A stretch of 64,000 nucleotides of DNA from Eledone cirrhosa (lineage: Eukaryota). Where the stretch lies: contig OZ024740.1 in assembly GCA_964016885.1 (NCBI GenBank), positions 397,234,001 through 397,298,000 on the forward strand, read 5' to 3'. A program made the position numbers and the translations under genes. The notes below the pieces were generated by a model, which saw nothing but the letters and a program-made list of their open reading frames with translations, was not told the DNA's origin and did not search any database. This document shows, piece after piece, positions 13,770-26,459 of this stretch (positions are counted from its first letter, which is position 1; every line of letters starts with the position of its first letter).

Positions 13770-14012
13770 TCTCTCTCTATTTTTCTTTCTATATATTATC
13801 ATGACCTTCATTTATATAACAGAGAAAATGTATACAGAGTACAGTTTAATGTTGCCAAGGAGATGATAACCTCATTTGGTGGTGATTGAGTGGTAAAATG
13901 TACCCGTACATTATGTAAGGTGGATGGCAGTAAGAAGGAAGGATACAAGACCTAGTCACCAATCGATTCTAGCAGGGAAAAGCAAACATAATACGGCGGC
14001 GGCGGCGGCGGC

Positions 14013-14069
<57 letters not shown>

Positions 14070-14129
14070 CACACATGCATACATTTAATTTAAATGTATA
14101 TTAGACATACACAAAATTACAAGTTATTT

Positions 14130-15300
14130 CTTTTCAAAATACGATTGAGGAGTTGCACAGTGGTTTCAACATTTTTTACATTGATTGAAACAGTACCGAA
14201 AGTCATGTTCTGTGATTGTACTTAGCTTGTTGGTTACAATTGTTTGTATGTTTTCCACAGTCCCAAAATGATGACTCTTCAACTTCGATTTCAACTTAGA
14301 GAGGAGGTAGAAATCACACGGAACTAGATCTGGGGTGTAGGGGTGATGTGGAAGAGTGAGAATGTTTTTCTTTGCCAGAAATTCTCTAACTGAAAGTGCT
14401 GTGTGAACAGGCTCATTATTGTGGTGCAGTACCCAATCTCCTGCAATGTCTTGTCAGACATGCTGGACCCATTTTTAAAGTCATTCCAAGACATCTTCGT
14501 ATAAGGTATGATTAACTCTCTCTTCTGGAGGTATAAATTGTTTGTGAACAATACCACCACTGTTGAAATAAAGGATAATCATTGTTTTCACCCCGAGTCT
14601 TTTCATGCATGCTTTCTTCAGACAAGGAGAATTTTTTGTGCGCCACTCCTCATTTTGCCATTTTGTTTCTAGATTCTAATCAAACACCTATGATTTATCT
14701 CCTGTTATTACTTTATCTAAGAAATTTGGCTCAATTTCGAGTCCTTCAAGCAAAGCTTCACAAATTTCCAATTGGTTTGCTTTTTGCTCCACAGGCAAGT
14801 GCTTGGGCATTAGTTTTGCACAAATTTTTTGCATGCGCAAATGGGGTGTTATTCTGTGAACTGCATTTTCATCCAAGCCCATTTCTTCTGTAATCTTCCT
14901 AACACTTAATCAGCAGTCTTTTGGCATCACCACTCACACCACTTCTTAAACGTTTTCTTGGCCTGCTTTGAAAGCTTTGGGCCACTTAAAAACCTTACTT
15001 CTTGATAGAATGGTATCTTCATAAGCTTATGTTAAAGAATTAAATGTTTTGGTGGCAGATTTGTTGAGTTTCACACGAAATTTTATTGCATACTGTGTTT
15101 GATATTTTCCTGCATCGCAAACGTAACACATCTGTACAAAAACAGCAATAACTGATGACTGACTCAATCGATCATGTTGAAACAAGTATTCATTGTGTAG
15201 CCAAAGTCATAGTCAACATGCCGATATACATCAATGAGGTGCTGTTTTACCATGTCATACACAGGAAAATCACTACCCTTACTTTTTAACAAACCTCATA
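14130..15300 (-). mobile_element. Degenerate mariner (Tc1/mariner) transposon
   Basis: Minus-strand KICAKLMPKHL (WVPR-like), FLDKVITGDKS and HHPYTPDL (YSPDL-like, about 14325-14348). Mariner-like end tatgaggtttgttaaaaaagt at about 15280-15300. Confidence 0.85.
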
Positions 15301-15308
15301 TATGCACA

Positions 15309-15359
<51 letters not shown>

Positions 15360-15655
15360 AATAATAAATGTGAAGACTAAAATCCAAAGGGGGCTCGATA
15401 AGGATAAATATATATCAAATATAACGTCCACATAACGACATATCTTCGCTTTTTTCCATTCATTGCCAGGGAATGTCTTCACGAACCAAAGTAGCGCCCC
15501 CTGTTTTCCTTCGGTTGCAACGTTTTTCGAAATATTTACTTCTGCGTTCACAGATTGATTTTTTTTAATTTCAGAAGATCCCGTTAAGGGTGAAAGCAGC
15601 AATTCTTTGCTTAAACTTTAATCTGTTATTTTAATAAATATAAATATATATATAT

Positions 15656-15991
15656 ATATGAAAACATGGTGTGCTGCAAGGTTGCAAATGGGTTACATAT
15701 GAATAAATTTAGTCCTTCATCAGTGATCTTCCAACCTTCATTGGTATTTCATCGCTTTAAAGAGGAAAGAATTTCGCACGGGTCAAACGGGAGGAAGAAG
15801 GAGTCAAGTCCCTGAAATCGGTGAACATAAGTTCTGTGAAATCGTAGACGAGAGAGAATAAAGACCATCCGACCTGGTCGAAGTCTTTAAAGCGATGAAA
15901 TACCAATGAAGGTTGGAAGATCACTGATGAAGGACTAAATTTATTCATATGTAACCCATTTGCAACCATGCAGCACGCCATGTTTTCATAT
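15656..15991. repeat. 108-bp inverted repeat with a 120-bp loop
   Basis: 15656-15763 is the reverse complement of 15884-15991 with 2 mismatches. A third, partial arm lies at 16399-16465. Confidence 0.92.
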
Positions 15992-16529
15992 TCATATATA
16001 TTTTCCTCCGCTGTGACCCATCTGTTTCTTTTTTACTGCTTCTACTTATCTCTGTATCTCTCACTTCCTTTTACCCCCTCTACCAGTCACTCTCTTTGTT
16101 AGCCTCTTCCTCACACTTTCACTCACTCACTCTCTGCTATTCCCTCTCCTACTTCCTCCCGTTTGACCTGGGCGAGATTCTTTCCTCACTCACACTTCAA
16201 CCAGGTCGGATGGTCTTTATTCTCTCTCGTCTACGATTTCACAGAACTTATGTTCATCGATTTCAGGGATTTGACTCCTTCTTCCTCACTTTTTGTTGCA
16301 TTACCATCTTTGTTTGTTTACTGTCTCGCTCGTCCCCCCTATTTACGTGTCCCAACGACTTTCTTTAGCCGTTGCTCGCACCAACCAGTAGTATATGGTC
16401 TTTAAAGCGATGAAATACCAATGAAGGTTAGAAGATCACTGATGAAGGACTAAATTTATTCATATATATATATATATATATATATAGTAATAATAATAAA
16501 TTTGATTCTACCATTCACATATATATATA

Positions 16530-16571
16530 AGAAAAATAAATGCCACCACACTTCACTGATTCTACCATTCA

Positions 16572-16574
<3 letters not shown>
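16530..16574. repeat. Left arm of a 45-bp perfect inverted repeat (partner 20604-20648)
   Basis: agaaaaataaatgccaccacacttcactgattctaccattcactt is the exact reverse complement of 20604-20648. Confidence 0.92.
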
Positions 16575-16613
<39 letters not shown>

Positions 16614-16616
16614 TGA

Positions 16617-19600
16617 TAACTCCCCACCCTTCGGTTCATTCATCCATATATCTAAAATCGCCCAGAATCAAAATCTTATTCATAATTGTCTTTCTATAAT
16701 TCTGTCTCACTGTTCTAAAAATCTTCTCCACGTTGTTCTAAATAATCTTCCCGCTACCATTTTGGCTGAAAAAAATTTTTCATGGATTCATAGAAATGGC
16801 CTCTCTCTCTCTCTCGGCCCTCTAAAATCGCTTCACCCTCACTCTATCATATACGTCGATCTCTCACTCCCTACGCACCAAATATAAATAAGCCTGCTCC
16901 TCGCAAACTACCCCATACCCCTCCCTTCCGCCCCCACTCTCCACATTATTATTTGGACCAATCACAAGTCAACGACCTATGCTATCACTTCTGGTTGCTT
17001 TTCGATATGATGGATGGACTAAGGAATTTCTGGAGAGTCTGAAGAATCTGGACACCCGAAGACAATGCCAAAGATAACGACAAATTCACCTTATGCTGCA
17101 GGACGAAAGGGCAAGGCCCCCTCCTCTTTGTTGCGGCCGCGGATGGCCAACATAACCCCAACCCCATCCACCTCACCCCTCCCTGCGCCCCACCCACCAA
17201 ATGCAATCCAAAACTTCAGAGTTGGTACCATGAATGTAGGCACCTTAAAAGGCCGCTCTAACGAGGTTGTAGAAATGCTTGAACGTAAGGAGCTTGATGT
17301 TTGCTGTATCCAAGAGACCAGGTGGAGGGGCGGGTCTGCTAGATTCATTGTGGGTAAAAAACGATGCTATAAGCTTTTCTGAATGGGAAATGACAATGGG
17401 CTGGGTGGGGTAGGAATCATGTTAGCAGAAAAATGGGTGGATAAGATAATAGACGTAAATAGAGTGAATGACAGAATAATTAAAATAAGACTTGTTCTAA
17501 ATAGAAATACTGTGACGGTAATATCTGCGTACGTGCCCAATCCGGACTGCCTGGCGCTATAAAATACAGTTTCTATGAGACACTGATGCTCACTACCTCC
17601 CAAATAACCGACAGTGACTATATAATTATTGCTGGCAACCTAAATGGTCACGTTGTACAACATTGTGACGGCTATGATGGAATCCACAGAGGCTATGGGT
17701 TTGGTACTAGAAATGAGGAAGGCTCCAGAATCCTGGAATTCTGTGACGCAAATAACCTAACTATCTGTAACACTAACTTCAAAAAACGAGACAATCACTT
17801 GATCACCTACAGATCAGGGGAACATACCAGCCAGGTAGATTATATCCTGACCAGAAGACGTGACAGAGTGTCTGTTGTAAACACTAAATCCCTCCCCCAT
17901 GAAGAATGCACCTCCCAACATAGACTCATAATTAGCGACCTCATAGTCAGGACGAGACGTACTCGACAGCAGAAGAGGACTATCCTCAGGAGAAAAATAC
18001 GGAAGCTAAAGGACCCCACAGCCAGAAATAAATTTAAAAGCATATTACTTGATGCTTTCGACAGTAAGGAAGAGCATTCAGAGTCGTACAATATAGAGGG
18101 AGAGTGGGAATTTCTGAAAGCAAACCTGCTGATGGCGGCAGACAAAGTCTGTGGCTGGAGCAGGCCTATAGCCAGGAGGAGAGTAACATGGTGGTGGAAC
18201 AGTAAAGTGGAGGAGTCAATTATGGCCAAAAAGCAGGCTTGGAAAGTATGGCCGGATGGGGGAAGTAGAGAAGACTATCAAGTGGCCAGCAGGGAAGCTA
18301 GGAGACAAGTGTACTTCGCAAGAAGGGAAGCAGAGGAAAGAAAGTTCAAGCATGTTCTACAACGCGAGGACCAAAAACGTGAGGTGTTCAGGATTGCTAG
18401 GCAATGTGTCAAGGAAAACCGTGATATTGTCGGGGAGAAGTGTGTACTTAATGATGATGGTGTACTTGCCATCACTGACGCTGGTAAGAAGGTAGCCTGG
18501 AAGTGTCACTACGAAAGGCTACTAAATGAGGAGAATAAATGGGAGAAAGACAGTCTCCCCCACATCGACCCAATAGAGGGACCAGCAGTGTTAGTCGAAG
18601 GTAGTATAATAAGTAAGGCAATCAAAGATATGAAGACGGGTAAGGCGGCTGGGCCTTCGGAAATAGTTGCTGAAATGCTGAAAGCTTCTGGAACGGTGGG
18701 ACACACCATGGTCACCCAGATAGTAAACCAAGTCATACAGAATGGGGTTGTTCCGAAGGAATGGCATAGCAGTATCATCATTAACTGCTACAAGGGTAAA
18801 GGAGATGCCCTAGATAGGAGTAACTATAGAGGCATTAAATTAATCGACCAGGTCATGAAGGTCACAGAAAAAGTAATAGCGCAACTAATCAGAGACAGAA
18901 TTGATCTAGATGAAATGCAGTTCGAGTTTGTGTCAGGAAAATGTACCACAGATGCTCTTTTCATTGTACGACAACTACAGGAGAAGTACCTAGCTAAAAG
19001 TAAACCCCTATACTCAGCTTTTGTCGACTTGGAGAAAGCCTTCGACAGAGTCCCCCGTTCCATTATCTAGTGGGCTCTTAGAAAACTAGGTGTTGATGAA
19101 TGGATTGTGAGAGCTATACAAGCCATGTATAAAGAAACAGTCAGCAAGGTTAGAATTAACAATGAATATAGTGAAGAGTTTAGCGTAAAAGTTGGTGTTC
19201 ATCAGGGCTCCGTTCTTAGACCCCTACTATTTATTATTGCCCTTCAGGCATAACAGTGGAGTTCAAGACCGGCTGCCCATGGGAACTCCTATACGCAGAT
19301 GATCTAACGCTCATAGCTGAATCAATGGCCAAACTAGAGAAGGAATTCCAAACATGGAAGCACGGCCTAGAATCAAAAGGCCTTAAAATTAACCTGGCTA
19401 AGAGTAAAGTTCTAGTTTGTAGGAAGGAAAATAGGGCGCCGGTCCCATCCGGGAAATGGCCATGCTCAGTGTGTAGGAAAGGCGTAGGTAGAAACTCCAT
19501 TTTATGTCCCAAATGCAAAGTACGGGTGCATAAAAGATGTAGTGGGATCACAGGTAAGCTAACTAAGAACATAGATTTTACATGTGGCAGGTGCTCTGGT

Positions 19601-20603
19601 GCAATAAGTAGCAGCAAGTGCCCACAGGATACTAGCTCTTTGAATTGCACAGAGGGTTCTATAGAAATAGTGGACAGCTTCTGTTACCTGGGTGACAAAA
19701 TCAGCAGTGGGGGAGGGTGCTCTGAAAGTACAGTAGCTAGAGTCAGAACGGGATGGAAAAAGTTCAGAGAGCTTATACCACTATTAGCCGCTAAAGGGTT
19801 CTCCCTAAAAATGAAAGGCAGGCTGTATGATGCCTGCATACGAACAGCAATGTTGCATGGCAGTGAGACCTGGGCATTGTGTGCAGAGGATATACACAGA
19901 CTAGAGAGGAACGAAGCTTGTATGCTGTGTAATAGTAATATATGTAAACGGCAAAGCATTAATGAACTAAGGGAAAAATTAGAAATAAGAGGGATCAGAT
20001 GTTGTTTACTCAAGAGTAAGCTACGTTGGTATGGTCACGTGATGCGCATGAAAGACGACAACTGTATAAAAAAGTGCAGGGCAATAAAAATAGATGGTAG
20101 CCACGGAGTAGGCAGACCCGGAAAAACCTGGGACGACTTGATAAATTCCGACCTCACACACTTACACCTCTCCAAGACAATGTCACTGGACCGAGATCTT
20201 TGGCGGTACTCAGTAATAGAGAAGACCCGCCTTACCTAAATACAAAGTAAAACCTACTACAGTCAGTAGGCACCTCTAACAAAATACACCCCCGTCCTAC
20301 ACCCCCACCCCATCCACATCGCCCCTTTCAATGTAAAGTTATGTTGATACCACAACATCCAGGCCGAAACAAATGAGGTCGTGTAGGTGTCATGACAAAA
20401 AAACACACAGTCCACGCTGTAATGTGGCTGTGTAAAAACCTCCCAGTTCCACACTGTAAATGTGGTTGGTGTTAGGAAGGCTATCCAGCCATAGAAAACC
20501 CGCCAGACAGTCCTATGCGAGCAAGACAACCACTCTTGCCTCAAGTGGGAAAACTCCCATCCAAACCCATGCAAGCGTGGAATACGGACGTTAAACGATG
20601 ATG
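16617..20603 (+). mobile_element. Full-length RTE-clade LINE, disrupted
   Basis: Single ORF from 17065: APE (GTMNVGTL, IQETRW, QVDYIL, SQHRL), RT (LLYADD), Cys finger, ending at 20239. Stops at 17380 and 19068 plus frameshifts. About 360-bp 3'UTR with gatgatg tail; probable aagtga TSD. Confidence 0.93.
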
Positions 20604-23600
20604 AAGTGAATGGTAGAATCAGTGAAGTGTGGTGGCATTTATTTTTCTGAGTTCAAAACCCACCCATTTGCCTTTTCTTCCAAGATTGTAAAAGTACTGG
20701 GGCTGATATAATCAACCAAATCTCTATAGGTGGTTTCCTGGTGTATGGCCATACACCAATAACTGAAACCAGCAAACAAATATATAGTTACAGACAGAGT
20801 TAGAGACAGAGGACAGGGGATTCAGGAAAGGTGGTTATATGTAGGTTTGTGATAGAAAGATGTATTGATTATATCTCATAATTAATTATGGGGACACTCA
20901 ATCTGCTAGAAATAGCCACCAAATCTCATTGAAATCATATCTCAATATCGTGAAAAAGGGGGAAATACATAGGAAGATACAAAATCCCTAAAGAGACAGT
21001 ATAATTGCTGTGATTGGAATTACTTTTGATCAGGAGATTCAAATACCAACTTCCCATACACACCATGACTTACTGTGGGTAAATATTAGACTTATACTAT
21101 GTATTAAAGATAAGATAACATTGAAAGGCCTGGTATGTGGAAATATTTGCTGCAGTGAATTTTTTTTTTTTTTGTACCTCAGCATTGCAGATGCTACCAC
21201 TTTGACAAAATTTGTCTTCAGGTTTATTTTTTATGACAACAGATGTGAACAGAATTATTTTTTACCTTGTCAGTTAGTTGCTGAGAGACTTTCTCAGAAC
21301 AGTCTACCATGATCTATTTATAAACACCTTTAATTTACTGCACAAGCAAATAAACACCTACACATTTGTATGTGTAGATATTGCAGTCCAACATAAGGAA
21401 ATATAATTTGGTTGTGAAAAGCTGCTAATTAATGATAAGGAATGCTATAAAATAACCATTATAAAACTGAAAGTGTGTGTGTGTGTTCTCAGTGCTTCAT
21501 ACGTTGGTTGGTTATATATATATATATGCATCAGTGTTCTAACTTATAAAGCGTAGAATGTATAACCCTTTTAGAATTCGATGTAGTGTTGATGTGAATA
21601 TTACATCAAAGCAAAGTGAAATCTATTTTTGTGGGAAGATGTTGTCCAAGAGAAAGGCAATGGCTGATACAGCTTGGGACCAGTGACATTGCAACTCATT
21701 TCTACAGCTGAGTCAACTGGAGCAACTTGAAATATATATATATATATATACACACACATATATATATATACATATATATATATATTAGAGAGAGTCGGAG
21801 CCTGACTTTCTCTAATATAATCACATTCTACTATCCCAAGTATCAAGTACTCTGCTGAATAATAGTCTTGTTGGTTTAAAACTGGTAAAATCCTGATATA
21901 TATATGGGTGTGAAAAGTAAACTGAAAACAATACAGCAAAAAATCACAGGACAATGAACGCATATATTAGTTTAACGCTTGATACAGTAGGACAAGTCAT
22001 AATGTTTCAGAAGTTAGTCCTTCATTAGAAAATAGAATGAGAAATAAAAGTAATAGAAAGATAGAGGAAAACTGGGAAGAGGAAGAAATAGAAAAAAAAA
22101 TGTTTTGTTGATTAGTGTTATTTGTGGCAATTATTTTCTAACATACGAAATATTCTTCAGAGAAAATATTAAACAAAACTTTTTAAAAATATTTTGTCTC
22201 ACTTAATTTTTAGTTTAAAAAACTCATACTAACAAAAGGGCCTTTACCTCTTTTACTAACCCCACCCCCCACCCCACCCCACCCCCCAATAGAATTTAAA
22301 ACTGCGACAACTCTAATTTTGTTTTAATATAGCAAGAAGCAAGAAATTTTAGAATTGATTTTAGAGTATTTTCAAGTTTAATGTTTATGATAGCTACACT
22401 CAAAAACGTAAAGATTTGAGTTATTTCAACATGATTAAAATTTTGATAACGAAGTATTGTATTTTCACTAAAAGAAATAAGGCAAATGATTACTAAAGAC
22501 ATGTGGATATGGGATTCAAGGGGATGAACTATTCTTGACAGTAAAGTGATATGAATTGATTGTGAAGGTAATCCAGATAAGACTCAGGAAATCATGGTTA
22601 GATAAATCTAAAGTTGTTGATCATGTTCAGAAGTTGATACAGGATATCTTAGGGTTTGTATTAGTTCTGGTCTTATGGTAATTAGTGAATAAGAGTAAAG
22701 GATTTGGGGGATAATACCCTCAGAAAAGATTGAAATTAAATACTTGTAAGATATTTAGTCCAATGCTACAAAGTATTCCTCCTTACCACCTTTTACAATC
22801 ATCATTATTATCATCATCCTTTAATGTCAATTTTCCTTGCTAGTAAGAGTTGGACATATCACCACAGATCAAGTCAGTAGTTAAGTGATGTTACTGACTT
22901 TTCAGCTGGGCCAAGAGCCCGCACCATGCTTGAAAAAACTTAAAATAAGGATTTTTAATGCCTCCCTAGTAAAAGAGTTTATCAAAGTTCCACATTTCAT
23001 AGATTCAATGGGCAACACCAAGTACTGTGCATAGTCTTTAGTTGTTGTAATTGTCAAAAACGTTTTTGGCAGTAATAAAGTAGAATTAGTAGGGGCACTG
23101 CTTTCCAATTTTGATAAAGTTGACTGTAGCATGAATATTACAGTCCATTGCCTCCACAGTCACTGATTGTTTTCCAGAAACATTTAATGATTTAAATGTA
23201 GAGCCAGGGAAAAGGTCCCATCAGAATATAAAACAATGGAAGTGAGGTACCAAGGAAATTGGGATACATATATAATGGCAGATTACTGCAGGAACCTTCA
23301 GCAGGATTGTTCGGTAAATTTCCCTCTAGAAAGATCTATAAATGAAGCTTCTGCTGAATAATCGATCATTTTTGTTTTATGTTTACAGTTACAATTAATA
23401 TAGATGATTCTAATGCAGTACACAATGAGTTTTTTGTGGGGTTTTTTTGTGCAGAAATAAATGGATTTAATAATAAGTGGGTATTTAAAAAGTATGTGAT
23501 ATACAAATACCATTAACATTGTTATTTTCATATTGAAATAACAGATAATTAATTAATTAGAGCTGATGACAAAGTCAATGCTATTTAGGGAAACAGGTGC

Positions 23601-23889
23601 CCAAATACACCCAAACAAGAGCTGGTGGGACTAAACGAAAGGTGTATCTGGAATTAATATTCTGTAAATATACCCAAGAATATATATAACATTCAAATGC
23701 AAGACCCTAGACCATCTGAGTGATCAATAATTATTTTTAAGTGCTGGCCCAGTCTATGATGACTTATACAACCCTTGCTAGCAGGAAAAACAGATTAGAT
23801 GCTGGTGCTGATGATAATGATGTTTTTTAAAAGAAACTAATCATTTGCAGGTATAAAAAACTACATTGCAGGACAACTTAAAATAATCA

Positions 23890-24290
23890 TATCATCATCA
23901 TTTAACGTCAATTTTCCTTGCTAGCAAGGGTTGGCCTGATTGTCACAGATCAAGTTAGTATTTAATTAGAGCTACTGACCTCAGAGACGATCTGAGGGCT
24001 ACATTATGCTTGGATATGTTCTGTACACTGGGTGCATTTTATCATTTTACCAGCACCAGGGAGGTTGTCATATTTTAGACACCACTGAAAATGTTTGGTA
24101 AGTTTTCTATGGCTGGATGTCCTTCCTACCCCAACTGCTTTATAGGGTATGTTAGATGCATTTTCCATGCTACTAGAAAGATTGTTGTGCTGTGACAATG
24201 TTCCTCTCAAACCTTTTTTAGCATTGTTTATACAGCTGGACATCATTCCTAACACCAACCACTTTACAGAGTGAACTGGGTGTGTATTAT
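23890..24290 (-). mobile_element. Old SINE with RTE-type 3' tail (similar copies near 22800, 31820-32100, 32760-33000, 62440-62640)
   Basis: The catcatcatttaacgtcaattttccttgctagcaagggttgg tail and the ggctggatg(t/c)ccttccta motif are shared with the RTE 3'UTR. Confidence 0.65.
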
Positions 24291-24556
24291 TGGGACACAA
24301 GAACTAAGAAATAAATTTATAAAATATCAAAGCTAATGTTTAAAGAGAAAAATAATAGTAAATAGCAGAGGTAATGTTGTTAGCAGAGAGAGAGATCTCA
24401 CTGGATGTCATTAATAAAGTTTCAGCAGTTATATTGTATTAAATGGACACTTTATCTCAGCACAATTGGCATTCTGTAAACTCATTTCTCATCATAATTT
24501 TTTTTTCTTGACATTCAACTGCTTTAATTAGCAAAATTCTCCCCCTCTAACCCTCC

Positions 24557-24591
<35 letters not shown>

Positions 24592-25430
24592 CTCTCTCAG
24601 AATCTTTTTCTTTTTTTCTCACTTCCTTTATTTCATTTCTTCTTTCGTGCCAGTTCTTTTCCATATTTTCTTACTTTTTCAATCTCTCTCTCTCTCTCTC
24701 TCTCTCACTGTGTTGATCTTTGGTCTGTTAGTTTATCTGTCCATCTATCTACATGCAATATATAACACCAACCACTTTACATATATCATCTTCATCGTCA
24801 TTTGTTGTGCTCATAGTTTTTGGCAGTAGTATATATACTGGTTGGATACCCTTCCTAACACCAGTACGACTATACAGCATGGACTGGGTGCTTTTATTTG
24901 TGCCACCAACACTAGAGAGGTTGTCTTACTGGACTCAGGGGCCCTATCCACCCCTCCATTTTACAACATGGACTGGGTGGTTTTATTCGTGCCACCAGCA
25001 CTAGGGGAGTTGTCTTACTGGACTTAGGGGACTTCTCTACCCTGCACCAATATATATGGGTGGCGGTTGGCTGTGTTAAGAGAAGAAACAAACTCAATAC
25101 ATGGTAGAGTGAGGAATATATATTTTATTATAGCTGTGAAGTTATACTAATATGTCAAGGGCTAGGAATGTAATACTTGTGGACGTTTACGTCCTTAAAC
25201 ACGAAACTACAGGCCCTTGAGTAACTGGTATAGATTCAGAGCTATAATATTTATATACATATACACACACATATGTATATATCAATCTATATTTCTTTTC
25301 TTTTTGCTTTTTTCTCCGACTTAGACTTTATCTCAACCTCTGTTTTCCAGTTTATACACACTCTTTCTGAATACACCCAATCACCCATTTACATCCATAC
25401 ACACACATATGTATCTCTCTCTCTCTCTAT

Positions 25431-25468
<38 letters not shown>

Positions 25469-26459
25469 CATTAATAATTCCAGAGATACATAGTACAGAG
25501 GTTAATGCATACAATAGATTTCCATAAATAAGTCCTTGTCAGGGAAGGAGAAACAGTGCCAAGGGGCTTTGTAAGTCCCTGAGAAATAGATGAGCTAAGC
25601 CAGATGAGATAGATGCATTGGAATTATTAATGAGGCATAGGACTTATTTATGGAAATCTATTGTATGCATTAACCTCTGTACTATGTATCATCGTTAATG
25701 TTCAACTTTTGCTCTTTACCCTTCCGTCTGAGAAAAGCCAGTTCTTATTCCAGCTATTAATTGATATAATTCACCTACACACACACACACAGAGTTATGC
25801 ATGCATTTACATACATGTATATATATTCATGTGGGCATATTTATATATAATTATATTTATGTATTCATCTCTAATCAAGCAGATCATAACTAATTCATCA
25901 ATTTTTAACACTTTCTTATGTGGTAGCATATTTTTAATGGACCCCCCCCCACACACACACACTGATAGCATGTTGAAACAGTTTTGAATTAATCACCAAT
26001 TTATTGGATTTGGGGAAAAAATAACTAACGTTTTTATCAAGATAACGTTTAGAACCTAATTTAACAAAAGGCTCTTGCATAAAATTATGATGAAGACGTT
26101 AAAGCAGGTGGTTTTATATCATAGAATCAAAGGAAGTCTCAAGCAAGTTAGCATAAGAAAGGTTTAAGCAGTAAGATTAAAAATGAAAGAAATTTGAAAA
26201 AGAATTGACAGCTATTTCTAATAGCTTGAGATCTAGGTGGATATGACTGGCTGATTCCTGATGAAGAAATTAGTATGACATTCAATGTGTTACTCAACAA
26301 GCTACAAGCCAGAGGACAACATTTGTATGATATAACACAACACTAGTTATAACAACAACATGGTCCAATCATAACTCAGCGGCTTTAGTAAGTTCTCTAA
26401 CAAATCAGTATAGCAAAGCTACCACCCCGGTTACTACTCCTTAAGTTTAGACCTGTTTG

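Noticed and set aside
15491-15503. CTCF-like motif (cagggggcgctac, minus strand)
   Set aside because: A single partial match with no supporting evidence.
16530-20648. DNA transposon with 45-bp TIRs carrying a LINE
   Set aside because: No transposase and no outer TSD; better explained as a palindrome split by the LINE.
23179-23242. Possible host exon (ttttccag...gtgagg)
   Set aside because: Splice-like signals only; no recognisable protein and no partner exons.
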